Positions 37,030 to 51,677 are shown, counted from the first letter of the stretch. The stretch: 64,000 nucleotides of DNA from Azolla caroliniana (GCA_043228905.1 JBHGNT010000007.1:20832001-20896000); one strand, 5' to 3'. A program made the numbers and translations. The notes: generated by a model not told the origin, from the letters alone.

Positions 37030-37696
37030 ACTGAGAGAGTGTGAGAGCTCAGATAATGTGGGTTGTGCGAGAGACACAATGTTGTGGTTGAGCGTGAAAG
37101 GAAGCAAGAAAAGAGAGTGAGACAAAGGTGGAAAGAGAGAGATAAAGACAGAGAGAGAGAGAGTAGAGAAGTCCTAAGAGCTGCAAAAGAGATAGGTACA
37201 AACGAGTTAGCGTTTGGTGGACTTGGCTGAAACCATGGTTTCAGACGACAACCTGGGAGTACATCCATTCCCAAACAAGTTCTATCATTATATGCACAAC
37301 TACCGTGTGAGTCTTGTTTTCTCGAGAGTATTGTGGTACTCTCTTGGAATTTGGGCTTTCCCTTAGCAAGCTAAGGAGCCTCTGTACCTTGCTTTGTATT
37401 TCGTGTCTCATAGTCGAAATCGGTTTTTGCTCCATGGTTTTTCCTTGGATTCAGGCTTTTGCACGTAAATCTATATATGCTCATCTATGTTTGTGTCTCA
37501 AAATAATCTTTTCTGGTTTATCTCTCATTGTAAACATATTAGACTCTTTTGATTTTTCTCTGCAACGAAAATCTATAGAACTTTATTTCACTCAAATCAA
37601 ATCTCTAAAGAGGTAGATATAAGCCTTGCAAGGTTGGCTACTGCTAAAGAAGAAATCTAGGTTTTTCAATAGTTCCGAGGTCAATTGGTGTTACAA
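36590..37696 (+). mobile_element. Probable solo LTR
   Basis: TATATATAGG at ~36890, (GA)n leader, T-rich tail ending GTGTTACA; start uncertain. Confidence 0.4.
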
Positions 37697-37789
37697 TCTC
37701 TCCCTGGTTGTCCACTTTGAATCTTTATTCCATATTCTATTTTTTTTAAATTTTATCTAGCATTTTGATATCACAAAGAATTCATTTGT

Positions 37790-38420
37790 TGTTCAACTCT
37801 TCCACTTGCATTGTTTGTTCCGTGGATAGTTACCTCTTTCTTCTTATGCATATGTTATCTTCTTTCATATGATTACCCTTTTCTCTGTCATATTCTTACA
37901 TCTATATCCCTCACAAATTCCTACGTCATAACTTTTAGAGCTTTTCAATTAGATCTACTCCTTCATTCGTCTATACTATTTTCCTTGTTTGTAATCAGAG
38001 TGGTGGTGTTTTATTTTGCAATGTTGCGACCCCCTATACTCTCCTCACCACCCCAAATTCAATCATGAATATTGTACCATCTAATATTCATGATGACCAT
38101 TCATTGTCCTCCTCTTTGTTGTTCCTATATGACACATTGCCTCCATAAATTCTCCGCACATTAATTTTAACAATTGTATACAAGTTTCTTTCGTTTGCAA
38201 GTTTTCGATAGTCATATTGGTATTGTCGACACTACCCAACTCTTGATGATTCTCCTCATCATCGACAGTCATTGTTGGTTGACTTGGAGATATGGTGGGT
38301 TTGTCATTTTGAGTGTCTGAGAAGGTAATATCATCGCTATCGAAAACTCCGATATGTGTGTTCACTGTCTCCTTACCTACACAATAAAGAAGAAAATATA
38401 ATACAGTTCTTGGAATTTTC
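37790..38420 (-). pseudogene. Unknown spliced gene-like repeat, copy B (last exon only)
   Basis: TGTAG acceptor then GKETVNTHIGVFDSDDITFSDTQNDKPTISPSQ...IENL..ETCIQLLKL..EFMEAMC.IG. Confidence 0.5.
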
Positions 38421-38437
38421 TCTGTTGCTACACACAC

Positions 38438-38484
<47 letters not shown>

Positions 38485-38487
38485 CAT

Positions 38488-38489
<2 letters not shown>

Positions 38490-38531
<42 letters not shown>
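38490..38531. repeat. (TAC)n microsatellite next to (GA)n
   Basis: Perfect trinucleotide run. Confidence 0.95.
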
Positions 38532-38532
<1 letters not shown>

Positions 38533-38779
38533 AACTGTTTGCCCCCCCCTTCTCTCTCTCTCTCTCTAACTCTATGTGTGTGTTTTTTCTAATTTTTTTA
38601 CTACAAAGACTAGTTATTACATAATGCATCATACCATGCCTCCTCCACCATTACTAATGTTCGTCCTCCCTTGTTTCTTCTTCTTATGGAAAATAATAAA
38701 TAAAATCAGAAAAAATTAATAAATAAATAAATATTATTTAGTGTTAGTTATTAGTTATTAGATTAGTTATCAATTAGGA

Positions 38780-41700
38780 AGACAGTTTCCTTCTCATGAA
38801 GAAAACCGCATTGGTGGTGGTCTTATAAAGCCACCACCAGCGATGGTAAACATCGGTGTGTGATAAAGAGATGCACCAAGTCTTTGTACAAATGTTGTAG
38901 TGAATGAGCAAGTCCATAATAAGTGTGGGATTGTTTCCAATCGTCCACCACATCTTGCACAATGCGACAAGGCTATCAATCTCTTTTGAAGATTCATTGG
39001 GAGCACACCCAATAGGCATCTCCATAGGAATACCCGTTGCTTAAGTGAAAGACTAGAGCTCCATAAGCTTGTAAGCCTATTTTTCCACCAAGATTGCGTT
39101 TTGTGTAGGTTCCATAATGCATTTGCATGTTCGTGAAACCATGGGACAAGTTACAACAACATATACACTAAATGTGTTGTAATGTTATGCATTGGAATAA
39201 CAATGCTCCCTTTTTGTAACATCCAATCCTGAATCCTGCGATCTCCATTTAGAGGTGGCACAGGTACTAAGGAAAGTACCAACTCTGTGACTTGATTCCA
39301 GATAACACGATGATGTGGCCCAAGTCTATAACGACATGTCATGTCATTGAAATGCAATAAGTGAACTTGGTCATTTACCACATCTGCAATGGATTTCAGC
39401 CCCTTCTTTGTTAAAAAATAAGCTTTCCTAAGTTCTTGTTCAGCTAGTGATTGTGGGAATATAGCACTCCAGTGTAAGCTTCCGAGGTGTAAAGAGTTCC
39501 CTGATTCTGAATTTCTAACTCTCCATTTTATGTGGTGCAATACTTCCTTCAAGTGCTTTAGAAGCTTTGAGCTAAACAGACAACCTTTGATGTGCCCGTC
39601 AAGCTTTCCAAACACTACGTCCCAATGGTTAGTATCCCCTAAGCCAAATGACTTGGTTTTCAAATGATCAAACATATCAGATAGCATTCTTGCCCAAGGC
39701 AATGTTTTTTCATCAATTTTTGGCAACAAAGTAGCTTTTCTAGCCAACATATGCAAATGCAATTTAAGAAAATTTAGCCCTCCACTCAATCGTGGAGTGC
39801 ATATCTTCTCTAGTGATAGGAGTCGTATACCTCTATGCGATTGCTTAGAGCACCAGAAGTTGCTTATGATTTTGAAGTTGATCTTTTGTATCATGTGTTT
39901 CGGCCAATCAATCATAATTAAGTAATACTGCATGTAAGCCATGAATATAGATTACACTATCCTCGATCTAACATGGAGTGGCCATGTTGCAATCTTCTAA
40001 TAGCTTAGCTTTTGTCTCACTTTTTGCAGAACCTATTCAACCTTTCTTTTCCCTTTTGCATTCCATCCCAATGGATAGCCAAGATGTCTAACCATTTCAT
40101 TTGGGCTAACAACTTGACCTGGCCACAGACGTTGATGCCAACTATATGGCGTCAAGGGTAGAAGTTTTGACTTATTGAAGTTAACTTGAAATCTAGCAAC
40201 TAATCCATACAATTTGAGGGCATCCATAATCACCCTCATATCATTTGGATTATTTTGTGACAGGAATGATGCCTGAACCATGAAATCATGTCCATCTTTC
40301 ATTTGCAAACCGTTGTCGTAGTGTGAATCACACACTACGTGAAATATGTAAAATACTATATCCGATTTAAAGTACGCATAATAAATCAAATCAAATATTA
40401 AAAATATATTGATTACATGCATAGGGCAAGATTGCAAGATTCAAACCCTGTACCTCCATATAGACAAACCCCAACCTTACCATTGCACTAACTTATCCTT
40501 ATTGTTTTATAGATTTAATACCTATAGGACCTTTATTTACACCTACCTTTATTAAAAAGGTAAGTCATGCATTTTTAGAATGCGTGAATACTTTATTTAT
40601 AAGAAAAATGTAAACCAATAAAATATTACTCGTGCACATCTAGCGAGCATGAGCACTATATTTAGGAAAGAAAAGCATAGTGTAAAAAGCAACTCATGCA
40701 CATTTAGTGTGCATGAACACTTTAGATAAAGCATATACTCTATAGTTAGAGAAAAAGCATGGATTGTGAAGACTCTCTCATCATTATATAAGGATGGGGA
40801 GCACAATGTCATGGGGTGTGTGAAATATTTGGGAAATTGGATATATTTCCTAAAACACCAATTAATATAATCGTGGGATTCACGAAGTTTTATATAATCT
40901 ATCTCTTCCATTCTATGATAAATTGTTATTAGGATTCTAAATATTAATAAATCTAATAATCCATACTTGTGGGATTCACAAGTTTCTATCTCTCTTTCTA
41001 ATAATCTATACATAACTATAAACTTGTCTCAAATTCTTCCTCCTCCTAGTCCAAAACCCCAACGGTTCCCACCCCACTCACGCAACGATCCGACGCCGAA
41101 AGACGCGACACAAGTGGTGAACCCGACGTGAAAGTGGGTGGCAAGGAGATGGAGAATCAACAAAAGACGATGAGCATAATGATGATGATGATTGAGCGGA
41201 TGCAACAAGAACAACGCTTGATGTTGGAGATCAAATTGGAAGTAGAGCGGCTTGTGCAAAGAAATGGGCAATTCAATGGAAAGGATGTGTCACGTTATCT
41301 ATGTGACTACAAAGGGGCGAAGTGATATCCTTCAGTCAGGTGGCCATGGATGAGCTACAAGAGAGAATCCACAAGATACGGCAACAAAACCCAACATGGG
41401 GGTCCTTTGAAGAAGCTTTACGAGAGGCATATGATTATGAGAGACCGAAGGGACAAGATCGGTGAGAGTTCGATGAATGGGTGGCATCGGAGAAGACCCA
41501 CCGAAGTGCAACACTAGCATTCTTAGAGTTTGAGTATCGTTTTGCTCAACTCTCGGAGCGGGAACAACGATTGGTGGGGATGGATAAAGTCCTAATGTTC
41601 GTGAAGTCGATCGATCGGAAAGAAAGGATGGACATCGGGATCAAACTCGAAGATGATGATGGTGCGAATTGTCTTACTGAGGATTGGGCCGACGTCGAAA

Positions 41701-44700
41701 GGGTATGCCGGAGACATGATGAGAGGAAGAAGAGAATCTTGTTAACAACAACATGGCCTATAAGGGATAATCGATTAAGGATGAACGATGTGGCTGATAT
41801 GAAGGCCGAAGTACGATTCGATGGTACCACGGGAGAGGGTGTGGAACAAGGCATCCTCTCGTCTTGCGAAAGAACGACGGCCAAGGATAAGGTTGATGAC
41901 TTAAGAGTGGCGAACACCAATTCAAGAATGGAAGAAGGTTTCGCAATACAAGTATTCGAAACATCGGGTGAAAAAGGGGTAAGCATAATCGATGCTTGCA
42001 TGATCGAGGGAGATAAAGAGTGTGAGGCGGACTTGATTGAGGAGGTCGTCACGAAAGATGACATTGAATCGGAGGTGGCTATGGACGAATCAATGGCGGA
42101 TGGCCGTATGAAGACTTTCACACCACTAGTTCTAGAGACTTTGGCGGTTGCATTCGAAAGGCAACGTGAGACCAAAGCGACGGAAGGTGGCGGAGAGAAA
42201 ACGAAGGCCGAAGCGGATGCATACAACGGAGAGATAGCCAAGAAGGTGGATATGCGTGAAACGACGGAGAATGATAATACCGAGGATTCCTACCCACTAA
42301 TCTTAGAGACTTCGGCAGTTGTGTCCGAGAAGCAACGTGAGACTGGAGAGACGGGAGGTGGTGGCAAGAAAGGTAAAGTCGGAAGCCGGTTCGGATGAAA
42401 GATGATCCGGACGGAATTCCGATCCGAAAGAAAGCTGGCCCGAAAGGGGGTCGACTCGATCAAAACCGATTGACCGAGTCCGATTCGGCCAAACGTGAAT
42501 ACAGATGGAAGCCGACCTAGCCGAAAGCCGATCAAACGAGACCAATCCGGAAAGAAGCTAATCCGACTTAGTCGGAGGTTGAACCGGTCGAGGCCGATGA
42601 AAACGAGGAAAAGAAAGCCAACTGAAACCGAAACCGATAGATCGAAACCGACCCGGAAGGGGGCCGAATCGGTAAAAACTGATCAACCGAGTCCGAATCG
42701 GCCGAATATGAATATGATCGGAAGCCGATCCAACTGAACACCGATCAGACAAGACCGATCCCAAAAGAAGCTAATTCGACTCAACCGGAGGTCGAAGCAA
42801 TCGAGGCCAGTGAACACGAGGAAGACGCCAAACAGGCACACTACCATAGATGACAAGGGCCAAGCGGATTTGAAGGGTATTATTAACAATGAGATCTTAA
42901 CAAAAACGGTGAGCTCTAACATGAAGATTATCAACTCTAACGCGAGATTATACGACAAAGGTGAACAAAGTGGGAAGCATGGCACATGCACAAGACAAGA
43001 AGGGTTATGCTCAAGAGGATCACAAGGAGCCATGAAAACCGGCAATGGCAATGCAAAGAGAGAACAAAGAATATGGTGGATCGGATGGCGACAATGGCTT
43101 AGGTGAAAAGAATGAATATGCTCAAAATGGAGAGACAAAGTCGACATAGCAAGAGAAACAGAGGGGATTGCGAGTAAAGGAGAAATACGAGAGCCGGCAA
43201 CCGGTAACCAGGCGGAGCAAGCAACTGAAAACCGGAAACCAGGCGGAATGAACTCGTATTGGTTTATGTGTAGGCCTCCCAACAAAGTGTCCTTAATACG
43301 ATTAGCAATTATCTTTGCAATAAGTTTATAGATCACAGCCATGAGAGTGATTGATCACCAATCCAAAAAAGATTCACACAGTCTCTTTTTGGGTATTAAT
43401 TTGCCAAACCTTCTTTCCATGAGATTGGCATAATCCCATTGTTGCCAAGCATTATTTGCCATAGATTGGATTAAATCCTTAAGGACATCCCAAATTTCTG
43501 TAATGAACTCTAACGTAATACCATCCCAACCAGGCGCTTTGCCTTTCTTGAGGCCCTTCCAAGCCTCCAAGAGCTCCTCCATTGTGAATGTTGCATCCAA
43601 AGCAATAGCTTTATCAACACAAATAGTGGGTTGAACTAGTGACAAGAATGTATCTCTAGCTTGTTTAATGCATCTGTAACAACTATATTGTTCTGAAAGA
43701 TGTCAGAGAAGTGAGTTACAGATTCCTTGGCTAGTTCAAATCGGTTTGAAGTCCACAAACCATCACCAGTTTTGATGAATTTAATGGTTCATTCCTTTTG
43801 GCGTATTAGATGCAACCGTTTGAAGAATGATTTAGAAGAGCATCCTTTGTCTTTTAATGGAAACTGTCTTGACCTAACTTGCCATTTTTCCGATTTATTT
43901 TTTTCATGTATCATCAATGTGTGTTTGACCATACACAATGCATCCTCTTCATGTAAATTCAAAGATCTTCTATGTGCTAACTCCGTTAGGGCTTGACAAG
44001 TAAATTTAGCATGTAGAGTGTAATCTCTCTGTCTCGAGACATACCACTTCCCATACTCTTGTATTATTGTGTGTAATCTATGTACAAAATGTACCCACAC
44101 TATATCAACATCAATGTGGACTTCTACATGAAGAGGAGGTATTATGTCATAGACCATCCTCTCAAAGATTTCATGCTTGAGGTAGCTATTGTTAATGAGC
44201 ATAAGTCTCTTTCTTTGGAGATGCACTTCATAGGAATGATTCCCAAAATGAAGGTCTAACCAGACAAGAGCATGACCGGACAACTACAAAGCATGATCAA
44301 TATGCATTGTACATGTGAAATTTTCATACTAACTAGCATGCAACAAATACCATCTATCAAGCCTTGCATAGTATGCGGAGTGGGTGTTGTGATGAAAGGT
44401 AAAACCAGGAACATGTGGGTGTGTCATTTGCCATAAATCAACCCAATCCAAAGACCTTGTTCCTCTCTCAACATATTATACCACTGATCTTGTTCCTCTC
44501 TCAACATATGTGAATGCCCACTAGTGTTATCACTTGCATTTGGAGAGTTGTTGAAATCTCCGCATATAAATGCATTTTGTGGCCATGGATAAGCACAAAT
44601 GTCTTGCCAAAGTAAAGCTCTATCCCTTGAGGCATTTGGGGCATATATTCCACCAAAATCATATGTCTCGCCATTTATCATGCATTGCACAACCATCCAC

Positions 44701-45050
44701 CTCCCACATTGATCATTATAGGAAACCGTAGGATTTAGCTCATGGTTTATGATCATAAGCTCTCTATATGTCATACCTTGACCTGCATAGAAGATGTCAA
44801 AACCTACAAATGAACCAACTTGACCACTAAATTCAACTTGTTCATGTTCTTGAACACAAATTACATCTACTTTAGAAGAGGTAATATAGTTCCAAAATAG
44901 TTTCCATTTACTAGGGTTACAAAGACCCCGTATATTGAAGGAGATACATTTGACTTGTTTATGCATGATTAATATGGTTGAAGATATAAAACAATGCAAA
45001 ATACTAATCTGACTACATATTAGTATCACTACCATGCTTATTTGCATGAA
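38780..45050 (-). mobile_element. Degraded L1-clade LINE ORF2, interrupted by the LTR element at 40314-43250
   Basis: EN: SFNIRGL, VICVQEH, GIYAPN, CGDFNN; RT: KAPGWDGI, IYKLIAKIIANR, QVNFNKS, HLGYPLG, ICTPR.SGGL; many stops. Confidence 0.85.
40314..43250 (+). mobile_element. tRNA-Trp-primed gag-only LTR element, 3' end lost (LTR 40314-41110)
   Basis: LTR homologous to the 823-bp LTR; PBS at 41115; gag-like GQFNGKDVSRYL; internal region matches 18700-19860. Confidence 0.88.
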
Positions 45051-45247
45051 GAAGAATATCTACATTTGATCCATCTCTATAAATGTCCACATATGAGCCT
45101 CTACTCACCCTTTTCCAGGCGTCTGAGATTGAAGAGAGCATTGAAGCATTAACCTGTAAAGATGAACCTTGATTCTCAAGTGTCTGAGTGTAGTTCCTCA
45201 CCATCACAAGTGTCTTGCTTCTTGTAAAGAAATGGAGGTGCAAGTAG

Positions 45248-47110
45248 TGTTGTGCAGCGGAAGTGAACTATGAGTGCACGTAAGGCAAGATAGAGAGAGA
45301 GAGAGAGAGAGAGTCTTGAACAAGAAGTTATATAATCAAGAAAGTAAAATATCCAACAGTAACTAAGTTACAAAAGGTTGGTTTAAATACCAACTAAGCT
45401 AGGGCAAGTTCTCGTTCTACTATTTACAAAACTAGTCTAGTATGTCCATGAGCTAGTGTGAAACCTATCTCTATGGGGAGTTGAGTTCGACTCTCAACAT
45501 GCCCCTTTGAACACAACTTCCATCTGTCAAAAAATTGTTTTGGTTTAGTCTTCAGAGTACTTGGATTCGAATGAATCAGTTTCCGGCTTCCGAAATCTTC
45601 AAACTTCGTTGGTTGGCTTCGATCAGCTGATTGGCTACTTCCGTCTTGGCTAGTTATCGATTGCTTCCGTGTTGCCTGCTATACTCCGCCTCAAGCTCAG
45701 CAATGTAGATATCGTAAGACCAAGGTCGGATGCGAATTGCCCAAGCTTGTTGACCCCTAAGGCCTTCATAAAGATGTCAGCAATTTGAAGGTTCGTACTG
45801 ATGTGTTGGAGATCGATTTCGCCGGCCTGAATGCGCTCGCGAATGAAGTGATAGTGCACTTTGATATGTTTAGTATGCATGTGAAATGCAGGGTTCTGGG
45901 CCAGGTAGATACAGCTCATGTTGTCAAAGTATAGGCGAATTGGATCCTTGATGGGAATGCCTAGATCCTTAAGTACATGCATTAGCTATATGGCTTCACA
46001 TGCGGCGACCATCGTGCCCCTATATTTGACCTCCGTACTCGAGTGTCGGTTGCTTCTTCCTGCTCCAAGAGATCGCTCCGTTGCCGAGGGAGAAGACGAA
46101 TTCAAATGTTGATCTTCTATCGGCCTTATAGCCTACCTAGTTTGCATCTGTGTACCCTTCGAGTCGAATGATCATGTTCAACGTATATAGGATGTCGTAA
46201 TCCATCGTACCACTGACGTACCAAAGTACCCTCTTAGCATAATCAAGGTGGAGATTTCGTGGGTTCTGCATGAATTGGCTAAGTAAGCCGACTGAATAGT
46301 TGAGGTTTGGTCGTGTGATGGTTAGGCAGATGAGGCTGCCGATCAGTTGGCAATACTAAGTTGGCAATACGGAGTTGGCTCACACTCGGTGGAGAGTCAG
46401 GAACAAGATCCCATGTCTTGTTTTTGTGTAAGCCTTGCATTTCTTCATTCATCGTGTCGACCCATCGCAGGCCCTTTGCGGCTTTGGAAAAGGTTTCCGC
46501 CTCCCATACTGTTGCAACCTTCATCATAAAAGCGTAATGATACGCCATGTACTCATCATAGGCAAATCAGCTTACGGGGTTCTTTTCACAGGTGAAGCGA
46601 CGAAGCTTTTCGTTCACAGAGACTATTGAATGTGACTTTTAGTTTTTTAATAAGTGATCAACTTTTTAGTCACTTTTATTAGATTTATTTTAAATTGTAG
46701 TGTTTTTTCTCCTCATCAAAATAGCACTAAAATTTTGGCCAAAAGTTGGTACACCATAGCTTGCCTTCACCTTGTAACGCCAAGAACTCCATGAGTTCGA
46801 ATGTTGTGCCGAACTATAATAGAGCTGAGAACTCAAGCCGACAAAATAGCTGAGGTTGGGTCGTGTGATGGTTAGGTAGATGAGGCTGTCGATCAGTTGG
46901 CAATACTCAGTTGGCTCGCACTCGGTGGAGAGTGAGGAACGAGATCCCATGTCTCGTTTTTGTGTAAGCCTTGAATTTCTTCATTCATCGCATCGACCCA
47001 TCGCAGGTCCTTTGCGGCTTCAGAAAAGGTTTCCACCTTCCATATTGTTGCAACCTTCATCATAAAAGCGTAATGATACGCCATGTACTCATCGTTGGCA
47101 AATCAACTTA
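45248..47110 (-). mobile_element. Internally deleted copia 3' part with LTR 45248-45499
   Basis: RNaseH NPAFH..TKHI..HYHF, ADIFMK; WDLVP fused to TECEPT; LTR starts TGTTGAG on the - strand. Confidence 0.8.
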
Positions 47111-49310
47111 CTGCCAGACATCACAAAGCCTTTAGACTGGTCCAGATAGATTTCCTCCTCAAGATCACCATGGACGAAGCCCGTCTTGACGTCTAATTGA
47201 ATTAGCTCTAAGTTCTTGGCTACTACGACATCGAGTAGAAATCAAAGGGTAGTCATTTTCACCACTGGTTAAAAATTTCATCGAAGTCGATGCCATATTC
47301 TTGTCTAAAATCCTTTGCTACCATGGAACTAGGTCCCATTGAAGTCGATTGGGTCCCATGTCTGATTGTGCTGAATGGAATTCATTTCATATTTCATGGC
47401 TAGATGCCAATTTGCAAATTTCACTAGCGTCCGTGAAGAAGAGACGAGGAGATTAGCTCTTCGGTGGCTACGATAGTTGTTCAAATATTCTCGGGACGAC
47501 TGGGCTCGCCAAATCATCACTGGTGATTGTCTCTTCAATAACCAATCTACCCTGTGGATCACTACTTAAGCTGCTCTCTAAGTTAGCTTCATTGGAATTA
47601 CTAGCAGTAGTCGTACTTTGCCCCATGGCAGCAACTTGTTGTGTTGCTGCTCTTGTGCATTCGGTTGGGCCATCTACCGGGGTCAACACGTCCGACAAGG
47701 TAAACTTTCGTAGTTCCAGCAGACGGTCGACTAACTTGTGCATTTTTGACTCATTGAAGACGATGTCCGAAGTTCGGAAGACTTTTGGAGTCTCTAGAGC
47801 CTAGAGTCAGTAGTTGAAGTTGTCGTTAGGTCCATAACCGAGAAAGCCACACTTTTGTGACCTTGGCTCTAATTTTTGGTGTTCATCCTTTTGCACAAGT
47901 GCCAATACCTCGCATCCGAAAATCCGCAGCTTTTCGTAATTGGGTTGTGTGTCGGTCAAGTGCAAAGTTGTTCTGGAACTTGAAGTCCAAAAGGCCTACT
48001 TGGCAACATGTTGATAATGTGTACGGAAATGAGTAGGGCCTCAACCCAGAAGCTATTTCAAAGCCCGGAGTGATGCAACATGGTGACAATCCATTCCTAA
48101 ATTTTCCGATTCATTCTATCTGCAATTTCGTTCTCTTCTAGACTATAGACAGTAGTGGACTAAGTTGAGTGGATTCGACTCGCTCGGCTCTTTAGTCGGG
48201 CGTGAGGCCATGGCTTGCTTGCCATATTGGTAGTGTTCGTAGAATTGGTCATCGGAGAAGGAGAGTTTTGGGATTTAGTTGGCTTTGAATAAATGCGTGA
48301 TGTCAGCCTTGGTCAAGTGTCTGAGTCATCCATGAAACAAGGAAGTCATTGGGATATCGACTAGAAATAGGTCACCATTTTTTAGTGTGACGTGTAATGG
48401 GTAATAGGTGTGTACCTTTTGAGTTCGGGCAAGCAGGAGGTTCCCTTTGTGGAGGCTCCACGCTCCTCTGACGAGAAGCCAGAATGGTTGTCATCTTTGT
48501 TAATTTATCCAACTGAGATCAATGACCTTGTGAGCTCCGGTACGTGTCAGACATTATATAGAATAAGATTAGAGCTACTCGGAAGGTTAAGCTCTACTGT
48601 GTCGATGCCAATTATGGCGCAATGCTGCAAATTTCCAACTAGAACTTAGCTAGAGTGCTGAGCTGAATACTATTAGAATTGAGATCAGTGAGGGGTCACA
48701 CAATATGACACACCTAAATCCAGAAGCAAGTTGTGGATTATTTGGTCGTATACAGAACTTCTGATTCAACATAGTTCTCGATGGAAAGGATATTCAGGTC
48801 GTCTAACAAGATTTCGGTTCAGGAGCCGATAAAATTGACGTCCTCCTCCTGGTTGCCCTTTTGTTCCGATCTTTGAGCTTTTTCGTTTCTAGCCTTGAGA
48901 GCACCTCATTCAGCCTTGATGTGTCTAGGTTTCTTGCAATGGTTGCATGTTCTCGTGTCTCTAGACTTGCTCCGAATCTTAGCATTGCTTGGTTGTATGT
49001 AAACATCACTAGCCGAATCGTGTACAAACAATTTCCTCTAAGCATCTTCTGGCCAAATTGAGCTCGTAACCTTGGAGTACTTGACAGCGGTAGCCAATGC
49101 ATTAGACATCGTGGTGATGAAGGTTTCCCAGGAATGGGGTAGATTGCTCATCAGTAAAAGAGCTTTCAGCTCGTTGTCGATTGTCATCCCTTGAGCTGAA
49201 ATTTGGGAGTTGATACTTTTGTACTCGTTCAAGTGTGTCAGGACAGAATTAGGTTCTTTCATCCGAAGATTATAAAGGTGCCCGCTAAGGTAATTTTTTG
49301 TGGCAGCCAC
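47110..49310 (-). pseudogene. Highly degraded copia gag-pol
   Basis: LYNLRMKE..LLMSNLPHSWETF gag; integrase and RT remnants (KTGFVHGDLEEEI). Confidence 0.7.
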
Positions 49311-49313
49311 TAT

Positions 49314-49643
49314 TGTAATATGGGTTTTGTTATCCATATAGGTGTACGGGATGAATAAGGTGTAATGAGTATGGTGTGGTGTGTAATATGTATACGAGTG
49401 TGTGAGGATGAGTATGTGTGAGCAAATGCACAATTATGTGCATGTGACAAGAGTGTAATGGTCGTCTCTTTTACACTATGTATTATATAAACCCCTTATG
49501 GGGCATGTAGTGGATATACATTTTTCCCCTCTCACATTTGTGTCATTTGCTATTTGTCTCTCTCTCTAGCTCGCTCTCTCTAACTTAACCCCCTTGGGAG
49601 GGGGCTTAAGCCATTCTAGGCTTCATCCCCCACCCCATCAACA
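49314..49643 (+). mobile_element. Short LTR-like segment
   Basis: TGTAA..CAACA, TATATAAACC, homologous to 1192-1421; no TSD seen. Confidence 0.5.
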
Positions 49644-49695
49644 GGCCTGGATTTAGTCGACATGCAAGCGGGAATAAGAGCAACAAGTAGACCGA

Positions 49696-50135
49696 TGTTG
49701 AGAGACAAGCTCAACATCGGCCGGATCGGCTGAAGAAGCCGAGGACCGGATCGGTTGGGATCGATCGGTTAGGCCGAATGCATAAACCGGTACGCAGACC
49801 GGTGCGTAGGTAGGGCCGGATCGGTGCATAAACTGGGAGGCCGTTAGGAAAGATATTACGTGAGGAATATATTTGGGACTTAGTGTAGAAGCTCTTAGTG
49901 AGCATTGAAGTACTGTCAGTACTTCGGTCAGTCCTTCTAGGACTTGTATAAAAGTGTTCATTGAACACACATATGGAGATAGAATGGTGAATAGAGTTTT
50001 TTGAATATAGTTCTTGTGTTTTTCTCTCTATCACTCTCTCTCTGTCTCTCCCGCGTATACTGCGTAAGCTCAAGCTCTCCATTAAACCTGAGTTTTCTTC
50101 CTTCTGTTCGGTCTTTATACTTGCTTCCGCACGTT
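49696..50135 (+). mobile_element. Copia LTR related to 17035-17465
   Basis: TGTTGAG..caagctca..ccggatc start; shared 'ggacttgtataaa' and 'aagct..ccattaaacct'. Confidence 0.7.
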
Positions 50136-50760
50136 ACTTTTTACAACCGAAAAACAAGGACATAGAAACCCTAAATGGGAGAAACCACAGGAGTTCTTTG
50201 ACTCCGAATAGTTTCACTATCAAAGTGTATACAAACAAGGCCACAACCTTGAGCCAGACAAGTCGACCGTCATCAGTAATCTGGAGAACGAGAAATACAC
50301 AGTGAACAACAGATAGCACAAAAAACAATGGAACTTGGTTCCTGCAAAGTCATCAATCAAACAAGATCAGATTCAAGCATCAATGCACACGCAAGCTAGA
50401 TTTGCACAACATTGTTCATTTTCTCTTATCGTTCTCTATACTTCTTAACTTCTGTTCTACTATTCTACACACACGCACACACAAATTGATAGTAATCTAG
50501 GGTTTATACATACATATAAATACATATATGTATTCACATATTTGTCGCTAGTCGAATAGGTACTTAGCCTTAGTCGGGCCCTTGTCAGCATTCGGCCCAT
50601 AGTTGGATAGTCGAACCAACCTCTTCTCGCATAAGTAGGGACATCATTTCAGAACAAACTCCGCCTTCACTCCTATATGGGAGAGTCGACCAGACATGTC
50701 CTTAAGTAGCACGCATTAAGTTTGTCCATAGACAAAGCTTTTGTCAGCATGTCTAATCTG
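50135..50760 (-). mobile_element. Copia 3' end: RNaseH tail, PPT and LTR
   Basis: DMLTKALSMDKL on - strand; PPT complement 'aactccgccttca' at ~50657; LTR motif 'aaaccctaaatgggagaaaccac'. Confidence 0.65.
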
Positions 50761-51677
50761 TAGAGAAATGCGCGGAATATTGCTCGGCCACAACCGAGTG
50801 ATATTCACTTCTATAAGAATCAAAACACAGAAATGGGAAGTGGAGAGTACACAAGAAAATAACACAGGATGTTTACGTGGAAAACCCTAATAGGGAAAAG
50901 CCACGGGAGCCCACAGACTCCGAACTATCACTATGAAGAGGAAGGGTACAATCAGAGACTCGGAGGCAACGACCTCGAGCTCTGTTTCTTGGCACAATGG
51001 CGGTTACAATGGAGTATCGCTCTGTATCTCTCTCTCTCCCTCTCTCTCTGTACAACAGTTACAACAATATGACAACAACACACCACAATCACACAAAAGT
51101 GATTGCCCTAAGTCATATTTATAGTTATATGAACTTAGGGCTATTTATAAATATAGCCTCAATGGGCTTATTCAAGACATATTTACAAATTTATCTTCTC
51201 TTCCGGTTCTCACCGGGTCTCCTCCGGTTTCCGGATCTCTTCCAGTTCTCACTGGGTCCCATCCGGAGAGACCGATTTTCCAACAATCTCCCCCTTCACT
51301 CCGGTATGGGATTTCTTGTAAGTCTGATCCGCTTCCGGCATGTGTCTGGCTTGTCGGATGTCAGCACCTTGGTCAGCATATTCGATCCGTTCTCCTCCGT
51401 GTGGATCTTCGTCAGCACGAACTCTTGATCTTCAACTCACTCCCGGATCCAGTGGTACCTACGCTGGATGTGCTTCGTTCTGGAGTGGTATGTGACGTTC
51501 TTTGCAAGGTGGATGGCACTTTGACTGTCGTAGTAGAGCCAGTATTCCTCTTGTCGGATCCCTAGTTCTCCGATGAAGTCTTTCATCCATAATATTTCCT
51601 TGCCGGCTTCCACGGCTGCCATGTACTCCGCCTCCGTGGTTGACAACGCAATCGTCTTCTGTAGCCTCAAGTGCCGA
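50760..51677 (-). mobile_element. Tork-like copia 3' end (RNaseH, PPT, LTR ~50760-51285), cut by assembly gap
   Basis: ALSTTEAEY..HSRTKHIQRRYHWIRE near-identical to the intact element; LTR homologous to 23651-24204. Confidence 0.88.

Noticed and set aside
42683-43342. 219-aa ORF
   Set aside because: Chimeric read-through from the L1 RT fragment into the antisense of the inserted LTR element.
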